Shown piece after piece: positions 28,762-43,207 of a stretch of DNA of 64,000 bases (within the stretch, counting starts at the first letter, position 1; the number at the start of each line of letters is the position of its first letter). Source of the DNA: the human T2T-CHM13v2.0 reference genome, Homo sapiens; the NCBI RefSeq assembly GCF_009914755.1, contig NC_060942.1; one strand, 5' to 3'. The notes beneath the pieces are model-generated. The model was not told the origin of the DNA. It did not search any database and saw only the letters and a program-made list of their open reading frames with translations. The position numbers were made by a program, and so were the translations under genes.

Positions 28762-29250
28762 GGTGGTAGGCTGAATAATGGCTCCCCAAGATGCTCAGGT
28801 TTTAATCCCCAAGCTTGTGAATATGCTGTTATATGACAAGGGAGAATTAAGTTGTAGATAGAGGTAAGATTGTTAATCAGCTGACCTTAAAATAAAGAGA
28901 GTATTCTGGCTTATCTTTGCCCAATCTAATCACAAAGATTCCTTAAAGGAGGAGGCGAAGGAGGTTTGAGTCAGAGAGAATTTTGAAGGTGCTTAGGCTG
29001 ATGGCTTTGAAGACAGAGGAAGGGCTGCCAGTAGAAGAATATGGAAGCCTCTAGAAACTGGAAAATAGAAGGAAATGGATGTTTCCCTATAGTTACCAGC
29101 AGGAATGCAGCCCTTGCTGACATTTTGATTTTAGCCCAGTGAGATTTATTTTGGACTTCCGATTTCCAGGACTGTTAAATAATAAGTTGGTGCAATTTAA
29201 GCCATTGAATCTGTGGTAATTTGTCGTAGCAACAATAAGAAACTAATACA
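28762..29250 (+). mobile_element. MaLR solo LTR (MLT1D/E-like)
   Basis: tggtaggctgaataatggctcccc...aagaaactaataca. Confidence 0.88.
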
Positions 29251-29982
29251 ATATACTTATTGGAAATGAAAAAGCTAGAGATCCTTCTAAATTATTTTTG
29301 CCTTAATTACCAATCCAACAAATAAAATGTTTGGTGATAAGAAAATATTTGTTCACGTACTTGTAAAAACCAAACCAAATCAAAAGCATAAAGCTCCATT
29401 TCTATGTACAAAAGATGTCCATTGCTGTCTCCTATCAGGTAAATGGGCATCAGAGCGCTTTTATGCCATCTATTCTGGGCGGGTAAATTGTTGCATTTCA
29501 GGACAGCCATTTGTTCATGTCCATCCTCTTCAATTTAGCAATTTTACTTGCCTGGATTTACCCTTTCACAACAAAGGATGTTTATGTAACATTATCTAAA
29601 CTAAAAATAAAAAAATAATAGAAATATCCAAGTGTAGAATACATATGTTATTATTTTTATCTCCAGAAGCACGGAGCACAAACCATATCCATACACAAAT
29701 CCTATTTATGTGTAAGGTGAAAAGAAGTTTCATAAATTATATACTTGATGTTCCAGTTTTGTAAGAAAAGTAACCCAAAACACTGTCTTGTTTTCTGTGT
29801 GTGGATGGAGGTGTACATGTCTATTGGTATACTGCTAATTTTTCCTTTTCTTTCCCTTTTCTTTTCTTCTTTTGCGTGTCTTCCTTTTGTTTCTTTCTGT
29901 GGACTCTGCATGTCTGAATATGTATATGTATAGGAGGAGAAGGAAAGGGAGAAGTACATTTTCTTTTTCTATAATTATATAA

Positions 29983-30453
<471 letters not shown>

Positions 30454-30499
30454 AGCAGCATCATCTTTCTAAAGGGTGGCAGAGTAGAAGGTGTCTCCA

Positions 30500-30698
30500 A
30501 GGAAACCCGCAACAGAGGTATTGGTGTCATAACAAAGTAACAGAAGTTTGCAATTTTCTGGGGTTTTGTTTTTTCCTGTTCCCCCCCACCCCTTTTTTTT
30601 AAATGGAGTGTACTGGATGTCTCTATAAGTTTGTTCAGATCACTGCAGAACCTGGAAAAGCTGTTGCTGCTATTGATGCATAACATACTGCTATTGGT

Positions 30699-30757
<59 letters not shown>

Positions 30758-31054
30758 TACATACATATATATAAATATAAATACATATATATACACACAC
30801 ACATATATATATAAATTTAATTTTTGGAAACTTTAGCTGTGCTGTCAGCTTTGGAAAAAGTATCCCAGTTTACTCTGTTGAGTTGGCATTGTACAGAAAT
30901 TAACAGCCATATTGGCCTAGAAAGGTTAAACTTATTTGTTTTCCATTTGTACAGGGGTAAGGCACTGTATTAAATATGTAAGGTCTTATTTACATGGGTT
31001 TGATTACAAAACCTAATAAAGTATTCTCTAAATAGTAGGGGGAAAAAAAAGAAA
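30500..31054 (+). pseudogene. 5'-truncated processed pseudogene made only of an mRNA 3'UTR end
   Basis: 3'UTR-like sequence not matching any repeat I recall, AATAAA at 31015-31020, A-rich tail about 22 nt downstream; parent not verified. Confidence 0.75.
30701..30812. repeat. (AT)22 plus TA/CA mixed microsatellite
   Basis: direct. Confidence 0.97.
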
Positions 31055-32484
31055 GGACCCTGGACACAGGATTGCCTGGAGAACTAGGGAACTAGGACTT
31101 TCAGGAAAAACAAATTAAGGAGCAGTGCAAAAATATTTAGGGAATGACAATACAAGAATATGTGAAGTACAATTATACTTGCTTATACTTGTGTAATGAG
31201 AAAGAGTGGTGGCAAGGATTTTTTAAAAGTCCATTCAGTGGCCATTTCCATGTGAATAGCACCTAGAGGGAGAAACAGTAGATGAACAGCATCTTCCGAG
31301 CCTCCCCAAACCCATCTTTACCTCTGTCCCTCCCAATACTACCCCTTCAGTCAAAGTAAGCACTCCTCAACTTGTAACCTCATCCAGTGTTTTGCCTGTT
31401 TTTGAATTTTACATAAATGCAATCATATGTTCAATTTTCTTTTTGTTTTTCTTCTTTTACTCAATATTGTTGGTGAGTTTTATCCATGATTTCACATAAA
31501 TCTCTTCATGAGTATAAAACTATAATTGTGAAATGCATATAAAAGATTAATCGTTTTATATGAATATGTTAATACTAATAATATTTTTATATCAGAATTA
31601 ATTGCAAATATCAAGGAGGCAGAGGGAAGTGCAAAGAATACTGAAACTCAAAGAAGTTACTTGGGTTACTTTTGACTCTGTACCGTCATAGGTACATAAT
31701 TATTGACAGCTATATTATTGAGTCCCACTTGTCATTGTTTTCAATTTGTTTTTCTTTGTATCCTAATTAGCTAGCAATATTAGATTAAGTGTAAAAGCTC
31801 ATTGAGCTGTAAATATTCTATGATTCTTTATTCTGTGGTTCTAGGGACTTCAAATCTCAATTAATCTTGCTCAGTTTGCATTTTCATCATTTACCCTATA
31901 TGACTTACAAATTAGCAAGCAAAAGCAGATTTGGAGGCTTACCTTATGAAAAATTATAAAAATGGTTAAACCAAAAGTTTCTGACTATCATTTCAAATGA
32001 AAGGACAAATATTCTAGTAAATGCAGACGCCCAGTGATGAGCTCCACAAGGGAAGAGATGCTCTTGGCACATAAGCAGCTTGCTTTGTTTTGTCTGAGTT
32101 TTGCTTTGACTTATTTCTGTCTTCTTTTTCTTTCTAACTGACGTTCTTTTATTCTTTAGTCAAGTAGCATTTAGTGCTCACTTCCCAAATGTCAAGACTA
32201 CTACCAATGGGTGAGGATACTAATGAGATGAGACATCATGGAGATCATGGTGGAGCGAAGGAGAAAGATAAACAAGCAAAGAACGCTTAGGAATTGTGAT
32301 TAGATTCTAAATTAGTGACTGAGCTATATGTGACTCTGCTTTTAGTCTGCTTGCTTTTCAAAGTTGAAGAAATTGTAAACCATTTAAATCTTTTGTTAAG
32401 AGAAGTTCATCCCACTAAAATAGATTAAACACCTACTATGTGCCAGAGACTCCATCCTAGGCATTGGTGATTAGATCATGATAG

Positions 32485-32847
32485 ATGATTAGTTGTCAGC
32501 AAATATTCATTCCTATTCCCACCTCTCCACCTCCACCGAAGGGACATGTTTGTCTTCTGCATGGATATGTTTGGCTTGGCCATGTGACTTTCTTTGTTCA
32601 ATAAAATGTAGGCAGAAATGACATTGTGTCATTTCCAAGACTTAGCAGGCATATATATGGGTTTCTACTCATGCCTTAGGAAGCTTCTAACCTCTGCCAT
32701 GAGGAGCTTGTCCTCAAGGTAGCCATTGCCTTTCTAGGTCATAAGATGGGATGGATGGGGCAGAGCTGCTCAGCCTGCAGCAGTAGAGCCTGAGAACAAA
32801 TGCCACTGAGAGTTTGCATTTGGTTGTTCCTAGTGAAACCTAACACA
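32485..32847 (+). mobile_element. MaLR LTR (MLT1I/J-like) inserted in L2
   Basis: tttggcttggccatgtgactttctttgttcaataaaatgtaggcagaaatgac; L2-like sequence on both sides. Confidence 0.7.
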
Positions 32848-33097
32848 GAGATGGGCATTACACCATCCTCAAGGAGCTAACATTCTGACAGATAATTTGC
32901 ATATAAAGTGGTGAGTCTTGTTGGGAAGCGCTTTGCCCTGGAGATAGAAGCTGGTGACCAAGCTGAGTCTAAAGGTTTAAAAGTAGCCAACCAGAGAAGA
33001 GCTCAGAGTGAATCGGATTGAGCAGAACATTTTAAAATGTCCAAAGAGGGACCAGAGTATGCAAAGGAGCATAAAAATTACCTATTTTCAGGGCATC

Positions 33098-33503
33098 TGT
33101 GATAGTTATTTTTATATGTCAACTTGGCTGGGTTAAGGGTTGTCCACATAGCTGGTAAAACATTGTTTCTGGGTGAGTCTGAGAGTGTGTTTTTGAAAGA
33201 GATTGGCATTTGAATGACTAGACCAAGAAGACTGCCCTCACCAATGTAGGTGGGTGTCAACACATCTGTTGGGGGCCTGGATAGAACGAAAGTGTATAGC
33301 AAGGGTGGATTCACTGTCTCTTGAGCTGGGACATTCATCTTCCTCTGCCCACGGAGATCAGAGCTCCAGGTTCTTGGGAGTTAGGACACTAGGAATTATG
33401 ACAGCAGCTCTCTGGTTTCTCCAACCTTCAGGTTCAGACTGAATGATACCACCAGCTTTCATAGTTTTTCAGCTTGTAGATGTCAAATTGTGGGATTTAT
33501 CTG
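33098..33503 (+). mobile_element. MLT2 (B/C/D-like) ERVL LTR, 3'-interrupted
   Basis: tgtgatagttatttttatatgtcaacttggctgg...gctggtaaaacattgtttctgggtg. Confidence 0.9.
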
Positions 33504-33589
33504 CATGACAGGATGGGGCACCCAAACTAGATGATCTGTGTGTCCCTCACGTAACGGGGTTAGCGGTTAGGGGATATAACTACCCCTTC

Positions 33590-33720
33590 TGAAAGCTCAC
33601 ACGTTTGTGTGCCAGGCACTGTACTAGATGTGTCACAGCTCATTTAAACCTCATAGTGACCCTACAAAGTAGGTACTATTGTTATCCTCATTTCGCAAAT
33701 AAGGGAACTAAAGCAGAGGC
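33590..33720 (-). mobile_element. MIR
   Basis: gtgccaggcactgtactag...gtaggtactattgttatcctcattt. Confidence 0.85.
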
Positions 33721-33784
33721 CCTGATCCTGGTGTTTCTATGGCTGGTTCTGGGGGTGGGAGAAAGAGTGTAAGATGGAGGGTCG

Positions 33785-33935
33785 AGGGATGGACTTCTGG
33801 TCCTGGTGTCAGCTGCAAATTTGAGAATACCTTCAATCTTTCAGAGGATCTTCATAAAATGAAAACAGTAATGCCTGCCTACCCACAGGCGAGGCATGAG
33901 AGTACTTGGAAAACTCATAAATGACAGCACAAATG
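33785..33935 (+). mobile_element. MIR (b/c-like)
   Basis: taaaatgaaaacagtaatgcctgcctacccacagg. Confidence 0.55.
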
Positions 33936-34010
33936 AATGGCACATCCCCTGACTCTCGATCTTAGGGACTTTCTACCACCGCCACAATCAGCCATAGGAA
34001 CTAGGAGGAA

Positions 34011-34019
34011 TCTATCTGC

Positions 34020-34108
<89 letters not shown>

Positions 34109-34268
34109 GCTATCTCTATCTATCTATCTGTCTATCATCATCTATTATCTATCTATCCTATCTAATCTATCATCTATCTAATCTATTATTTATCTATATA
34201 TCTCTAATCCTATCATCTATCTTTCTATATCTATCTACTATCTACTATCTATCTATCTAATCTATCTA
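34011..34268. repeat. compound (TCTG)/(TCTA)n tetranucleotide STR with degenerate tail
   Basis: direct. Confidence 0.97.
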
Positions 34269-35716
34269 ATATATGAAATATTGTATCATTTCACCCTTAA
34301 TGCTAGGTTATGGCTTGAATCATAGAAATCATGAGGATGTCCAGTGACATTTATAGAAATGGAAATTTCAGAACTATGAATCCAATTGTGGCAAGGTTTA
34401 CTTACACTTGAAAAACATTAAAATGTGTTTTATAAAAAGTTCATTGTTACATCATTCATTTGTCTTGAATAGCTTTTAATACAGTCAAATGAATGGTTAG
34501 TTTAATTAAATATAGGATTTGACTCCTGATTCCATTTACCTTGATTGATTTATAGTTTAATAAAAATGGTCACATAAAATGCTCCTATAAGCATAATTTA
34601 AGTCATAAAAATTTGATATTATCCCACTATCCTCTGCATAGGAGTGCTGCTATTTTTGTCACTAAAATTATATCGCTTACTCTAAAACCAATCACTTCAA
34701 CTCCCCCAAATTCTACGTTCATGTGTGTGGGGGCGGTGTTCTGAACAGAACTGTCCAAAGCTTTCATCAAATAAATCAAAAAAAGCATCTATTTTCCCAA
34801 CTCTTACTTTTGTTGCTATGTAGCCTCTTAACCTGCACCTATTCATGTATGCTTGTGTGGATATATTTTGAGCCACAAAATACAACAGGAGTTACTTTTA
34901 AAATACCATTTGTAGCCAGTATATGCCCTTCCTGTTAAGTTATTCTAGATTAAAAACTACACACATTTAGATAATTTACATTATTTTAGAAATGTGGCAA
35001 TGACAATGAATAAAATATGCCTATGAGAAGGCTTCCTTTAGCAATGACTTTATTACTTATTGTGGTTATGAATAAAATGAAAAAGCTATTTCGCTATTTA
35101 TGGTTGTGAGATCTTTGTCCCACTATAATAGGTGATATATAATTTTAATTATTAGACTGCTGAGATGATTCTGCAATTTTATGTAATTAGGCATAATATG
35201 AAGTTGTTAGGGGTGGCAGTTCCAATTCAGCAAACAGAGGCCTGAAGATCTTTGTTTTTCATACGAACTTTCAAACCAGATCTAGAGGCTATAGGACTAT
35301 AAAAGGCAAATGTTTTACATATGCACACACACGTGTGTGTGTGTACACATACAGTTTTTAGAAATGTTTTATTTTGAAGTAATTTTAAACTTACAGAAAA
35401 GTTGCAAAAACTACATGGAAACTTTCCTTACATCTCTAATCTAGTTGCTCCTAATATTACAATTTTACATAATCATAGTCTAATTAAGAAAAGGGATTTA
35501 ACATTGCTACAATTTCATTAACTAAAATATAGACCTCATTCTAATTTCATCAGTACTTTCTACTAATGCTCATTCTGTGTCCAAGGATTCTAGTCAAGAT
35601 ATCAAATTACATAAAATTGTTATTTCTGCCATATACCCCTCCTGTCTGTAACCATTCCACAGTTTTCCCTTGTCTTTCATGACATTGAAACTTTTTAAAA
35701 AGTATTATTTTATTTT

Positions 35717-36154
35717 TGTCTTAGTCTGTTTTGTGTTACTGTTGCAGAAAACCTCAGTCTGAGTAATTTATGAAGAAAAGAGGTTTATTTAGATCACATT
35801 TTAAATCATAGCAGGCTAGGGAGTTCAAGGGCATGGCCCTGGTTTCTGGTGAGGGCTTCCCTACTGCACCATAACATGGCAAAGGTCAAAGGGGAAGCAG
35901 ATATGTGCAAAGAGAGAAAACGCGAGGGGTGACTAGTCTTTATAACAATTTACTCTTGTGGGAATGAATCCATTCCTGCGAGACCTAATCCGGTGACCCA
36001 AGAAGGAGAACTTACTCACTGCTATGAGAATAGCACCAAGCCATTCATGAGGGATCCATCTCCGTGACCCAAATGCCTTCCACTAGGCTGCACCTCTCAA
36101 CACTACCACATTAGGAATCAAATTTCAACAGGAGTTTTAGTGGAGATAAACTCA
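35717..36154 (-). mobile_element. MST (MSTB-like) MaLR LTR; tip may resume at about 37015-37052
   Basis: tgtcttagtctgttttgtgtt...caccaagccattcatgagggatcc...aatcaaatttcaaca. Confidence 0.88.
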
Positions 36155-37000
36155 TTGTATATATTTATGGGTTACAATGTGATGTTTTGACACATGTATA
36201 TGTTGCATAATGATTAAATCAGGTTAATTAGCATATCCATCTAACCTCCACAATTTATCATTTCTCTGTGGTAAGAACATTCAAAATATTTTCTTCTAGA
36301 TATTTTGAAATATACATTATTGCCAACTATAGTCACCCTACATGCAGTAGATTGCCAGAACTTATTTCTCCTGTTGGATCAATTGTCCCATAAAATAACT
36401 GACCTTTGATTTTTATGGTTTCTTTTGAATAAACATAGAAATTGGCCCTCCTAATCTTGAAACTCAAGAGAGTTACATTTGTGTTACCTGAGTTCCTTTC
36501 TCAGGAAACCAACCACATGGGCCTCCGAGATAGTATCAAGGGATTAAAATCACCAGGTCACTGTATCTGGACAATGGGACATCAGACTCATCACTCATCC
36601 TGATGGCCTAAGTGACCACCTGCTTTCCTGTTGGCAAACTCCTCTTCCTTACCCATACCTAACTCCTTTCTTTCCATACATGGTTACATTTCTTTCCTTC
36701 TATATGAACCCCAGATTTTAGTTGGTCAGGGAGACAGACTTGAGACTGACCTCCCATTCTCCTTGGCTGCAGCACCCAATTAAACACTCCCTGGTAACAC
36801 TCATTGTCCCAGCGATTGGCTTTCTGTGTGGTGAGCAGCATGACTTAGATCAAAACTCTGGCATTTTGGTAATGCTATCTAACTCTAATTTTGTACCCGT
36901 TGACCAATCTCTCCCCATTCCTGTTCCTTCTACCGTTCCCAGCCTCTGGTAACCACTATTCTACTCTCTACTATGACAAAAATAAACTTTTTTACATTTT
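36155..37000 (-). mobile_element. L1MA 3' fragment split by MER66
   Basis: cagaacttatttctc|...|ctatctaactctaattttgtacccgttgaccaatc reads as one contiguous L1MA sequence. Confidence 0.88.
36375..36874 (+). mobile_element. ERV1 solo LTR (MER66B-like)
   Basis: gaataaacatagaaattg...ctgagttcctttctcaggaaaccaacc...gattggctttctgtg; TSD ctgt/ctat. Confidence 0.8.
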
Positions 37001-37990
37001 TTACATTATCCTTCTATGGAAGGACAAACAAAGACACTTCAAGACCTTAACAGTCTTGAAGATTAGTCATTTCATAGGCACTCTCAGTTTGGGTTTGTCT
37101 GATATCTTCTGGTAATAAGAATAGGTTGAGCAATTTTGACGACACCAAAGAGATTGTGTTGTTTCCTCAGAGTATCATATTAAGGGATTAATGATGTGTA
37201 TATGTCTTATTACTGGTGATTTAGCTAAGTGTGTGTCTACCAGGTTTCTCTAACATAAGGTTACTATCTGTTCCTTAGTAGTTGTTAATGATCTTGGGGG
37301 AGATACTTTGAAACTATGAAAATCTTGTTTCTCTGTAAGCTTTCACCCACTAATTTTAGTATCCAGTGATGCACTTCATTGGAAGATTTATTTCTATGAT
37401 GTTTCCTGATGGTGATTCTTTATATGTTACTTTCTATTAGTCAGAATTCTACAGTGACAAAGAGCTATCTGTTCTCCCTTGTTAATTTACTTATTTATAT
37501 TCCTTTATTCATTTACTCAAAGATTTGTTTCCGTTAGCATGAAGTCAGTAATATTTATCCCGTTTTTCTAAGTTGAAATCTAATTGTACAGTATTTGTTG
37601 TATTTCTCAAATTTTTCTATCTTAGGCCATTAGGAACTCCTTCAGGTTCGTAACAAGGCCTCCCTCCTTTTAATTTTTTGAGCTTCCTTATTTTCTTTTA
37701 CCACCATATGATGCTCCAGGCTCATCTTGAGTTTCCTCTGCCCTAGTCCTGGAATTAACCCCCTTTACAAGAAGCCCTGGTTATTTTTATTGTGAATAGG
37801 GTTTAGAAACTGAGATCTGGGTGGTAGGTGTTAGTAGAGTGTTACTGCTTCTGGTCCTCTCAGTAGACAGAGCTAGGAAATATATGTATGTTTCATATAC
37901 ATGAACTCACTCATGCATATATCTATATGTGTATATCTCTATCTGTGTCTAGATACACTTAAAAAACAAAACTTTATACATAATTTTAAG

Positions 37991-37996
<6 letters not shown>

Positions 37997-38022
<26 letters not shown>
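37997..38022. repeat. (TG)13
   Basis: direct. Confidence 0.97.
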
Positions 38023-38441
38023 GTATGCCTGCATGTAAATATATTTATCCTTATAAATATATATATATTTGTTTATTTAACCATCAACTAATACAACATT
38101 TTTCTCATGAATAAAACCTATTTTCATTAAATGTTTTCCTGAGTGTGGCATGTGATATTATCCTCATTCCTTTCTTCATGTCATGACTCATGCCTGGAAT
38201 AAATTTTCTTTTTCAAATCTGCCTACTGAAATTCTACCTATTCTTCAAGATTCAACTGCAATATTTCACTCATGAAAATATGTGTTATTTCTCTCTCCTT
38301 TGAATCCATTGTGTTTTCCTCATAGTTCTCATTTGGTTTATTTTAATTACATTTTTACTACTTTGTATGCCATTTGTTTAAAAGATAAACTTGAGTTTTA
38401 ACTTAACGTACATTTTGTTATTTGTATATGTTTAGGGGATA

Positions 38442-38924
38442 TTGTAGAGGACATCTTTTGTTTTGTTCTGCTCAGTATTCTTTTAAATACAGACTATCCC
38501 CTAACACTAATACAAACATACTTCTTGGGGCCTAGCAATCATAGTAGCCATCATCTGCTTTTCTCTGCTATTGCAAAGGTGTACATGTGATGTGGTTCTA
38601 TTTGAACATGGTAATTCATTCCTCTTCCTAAGGCATATTTCAGAGTCAATCAGAACTCTCCATTGGAACTAATAGGAGGATACTGAGGATAAAAGTCTAG
38701 CTTGATTTTTAGCTGTAGAAATGTCAGCGTGGATATGGTCATTCTACCCTATCACTCTACCCTACAGAGATTTGTAAAGAGCTAAGAAAGTACCAATTAT
38801 ATTATTTGAGTACTTGCTGGAGAGGCAAGTTTCTCTGGACTTCCCAGATATGTAAGCCAGTAAATTTAAACTTTTTGCTTATGTTTATTTGAATTAGATG
38901 TCTATTACTTGAAAGACTGATACA
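38442..38924 (+). mobile_element. ERVL LTR (LTR16-like)
   Basis: ends ...tttttgcttatgtttatttgaattagatgtctattacttgaaagactgataca, followed by a PBS. Confidence 0.65.
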
Positions 38925-39760
<836 letters not shown>

Positions 39761-40163
39761 AGCCTCAGACTTTTCCCAAACCCCTCCTATTTTGTATTCT
39801 CTACCTGATATGGTAATGAACTATCACATTTTAAAGCATCATGCACTGAGATAGAGCCAAGGTGCAGGAAGCAATTCAGTACGCTGTCCTACCCCAGCCA
39901 ATTATTTCATGTAGCTCTCTGTGAGGTGGGGAATAAGGCAGAGCATTGAGGTTGCAGCACAGAGCCCCACACCAATTGCTATGAGACAAAAATATCAACA
40001 ACAGGAACTGGATGCATGGACCAAACATGTCTCGACAAGTTATCTAGTATCATTTTCTAGAGATAGCATCCATGATAGGTGCTGTGATTCACACTGTCCA
40101 ATAATTACCTTGTTCAGTTCTTCTTTTATTTATACTTTTATCTCTGTGCCACGTACATCATTA

Positions 40164-40408
<245 letters not shown>

Positions 40409-41958
40409 CTATATCTATATCTATATCTTTTATTGCAATATTTAATTTATACATATGCTCCACAGTGTTCTATTTATAAAATACAAGATATATTTTATTG
40501 TTTGTTCTAGGATTATTGTATGTGTTATTACTTAAGGGCTGAAGCCATTTGTTTTGTTCCTATTCCTTTATTTTTGCTTTCTCCTTTTTATTATTAGAAA
40601 TATACTTTCCTATGAATCATTGCTCTAAGTTCAACTCTATCTTCTACAATATGTATTAATGTACAATATTATACACATTTCTATTACGTGTATATGTATA
40701 TATTTCCTTTTTTAAACTACCACATTGCAGGAAATTAGGCAACTGGAATTACTAGTTTGGGGTTCATGTCTATTCTGTAGATTGTCATATTCTACAGTAT
40801 AATTTGCCAGAAATAGATGGTGTTTTTCAGAGCTGAAAAACTCAAAGAAATATCTAATAGTCCATATTCTGATAATCACCATGAATATTGAAATGATTAT
40901 TAAAATGTGCAATCAAGTATACAGATAAAGTTCAGAACTTTCCAATTTTCTAAGATGTTCTCTTCTGATAGTCAAAAGATAATCCCTTTGTTTACGTCGT
41001 CTCCATTTCTAAACTTGTCAAAGCACAAAAAGTGAATTTAAAAAGTTAAAAGCACAAAATAGACAAAAATATTATCATTAAATATTACTTTTTTAGGTCA
41101 ACCCCATACCTCCATAATTATGAGTAAGTAACACACTAGTAAATAATTTGTGTATTTTTTCATGCCTACATTATTATTGTATAATTATTTTTTATAACTT
41201 AATTTCAGTACCATAACCAACTATCCAAAGGCATGATCATCAAAACCCAGATATACCACTGTATAAGATTATTAAAAGTGAATGATAGTATAACTGAAAA
41301 TTATAGTCAGATCAGTACTGAAATGATCTGATATTTAAAATAAAGGTACATTATGAGTCAGATCTCTGCATATGAATTCCCTATTCTGTATCTTTGAACA
41401 TTTGTTTCCAATAGATGCAAACAGATGTTTCTATAGATTTTCAAACATTATGCAATTCAGTCTAAGCATAATTGCTAATTGGTGTTTCTAAACATGACTT
41501 TTTGTACTACTCATGGTTTTGCAACTATGAAAACTGGTATTTATAACAGTAAATATCTATTGAAAATGTTCCTCTGTATACATAGTACAACTGTACTATG
41601 GCACAGTTTAATAGATTATTTTGATATTAGATAGACAGTATGTGCATCAATATACAAGAAGGTTCTTTTGATTATCAATATCTGCCATTATATATTTTCT
41701 ATTTAACTATTTCTTTTTTTCTTCTAGTTCAGATAAAAAAATAGATTCATCAAAGTTTTTCTAATTGTGTTACTTGGAAAACTAAATTGATAGAATAGCG
41801 ATAAGTATTACTCACAGAAGAGACTGTTATCAAAGAAGTTTAGGAAATTCTGAATTTAAAAATACATTAAAGAGAAGGATAGAACATTCTAATTTGTCTC
41901 ATTTGTTTTAGCATAGAATCTTTTCTCATACAGTGATTGAACAACCTGGTGAGAACAA

Positions 41959-42377
41959 TGTATTAGTCAGGGTTCTCTGGATAAGCGGAACACGTAGGAT
42001 ATGTGAAGATATACACAAGGAGATTTATTATGGGAATTGACTTGTGTGATTATGGAAGAGGAGCCAGGAAAACTGATGGTGTAATTCTCCAAGGTTGAAG
42101 GCCTGGGAACCAGTGGAGCTAATTTCTGAGAGCAGGAGATGAATGTCCCAGCCCAAGTAGAGAGACAATTTGCTCTTCTTTTTTGCTCTATTTGGCCCTC
42201 AGTTGATTGGATGGTACCTGCCCATTTTGGCAAGGGTGAACTTCTCTTTAATCAGTCTGATGAGCCAATGATAATCTCCTGAACACACCCTCACAGACAC
42301 AGCCCAAATTTTTGTTTGATCTACTACGTGGGTATCCTTTAACCCAGACAAGTTGAAACATAAAATTAACCACCATA
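41959..42377 (-). mobile_element. MLT2 (C/D-like) solo LTR
   Basis: tgtattagtcagggttctc...caagttgaaacataaaattaaccac. Confidence 0.9.
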
Positions 42378-43207
42378 GCCAATGTTCTGAACAACAAACA
42401 TTTTAAAGGTAGCATTGATTTTTATTCCAAAATTGTTCTAAAATGATTTCATTATATTAATAAGTTAATAATTTTATTTAAAATTTTAAAATGTTTATTT
42501 TAAAATGTAAACTAAAATATGTCATAGTTATCTATATCTAGTAAGCAAAAACTAGAAAAGCACTGAGTTACATTTTATAGAAAATTCCAAAACAGCCATT
42601 CCTTTCAAGAGATTATATTCTAGAAATATACTGCTATATATGATATATATAAACATAGTCTATATACATAGACTATGTTTTAATTTTTTAAAGTTATCTA
42701 TCTGTATTTATAACTATAGTCACTGGAAAAAATAATTTGAGGAAAAAATGATTACTTCTGGAGAGATCACTTTGGAAAACATTAGTACATAGAGTAGGAT
42801 TTTTCTTGGTTAAAAAGGGGGATATATTTTCATTAAATTGTATTTTTTCTAGAGTAAGACAACAATTCCTTTTACAGACAAATAATTTTAAAATAAATAA
42901 AATTCAGATTGCCTATTTTTTTGCCTACTGGATAAAGCCACTTTTAACATCTCAGTGTAATTTACTGTTAATATAGCTTGGTTCCAAATAAAACTGCATA
43001 ACATATAATTTCTATTTTTCCCATTTAATTTTACAATTTAATTATAGGATGCATTATCATAAGTATTTACCAATATTCTTAATGCTATAATGACGTTATT
43101 TGTAGAAACAATGGATAACTGTGGATATATCATGTTTTGTATTTTTTTTAACAGAGTTGTTGTAAAGACCATTTTTCCTCAATTAAGTTGTACAGATATT
43201 TAATGAG

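Larger units (their letters stand above)
35350..37980 (-). mobile_element. L1MC-like 3' region, host of a TE nest (pieces 35350-35716 and 37053-37980)
   Basis: aaacttacagaaaagttgcaaaa...tctttcatgacattga | ...tttgggtttgtctgat...gatgctccaggctcatcttg. Confidence 0.8.

Noticed and set aside
35324-35341. (CA)n-(TG)n 18-bp palindrome / Z-DNA candidate
   Set aside because: A common by-product of adjacent dinucleotide repeats at an L1 tail
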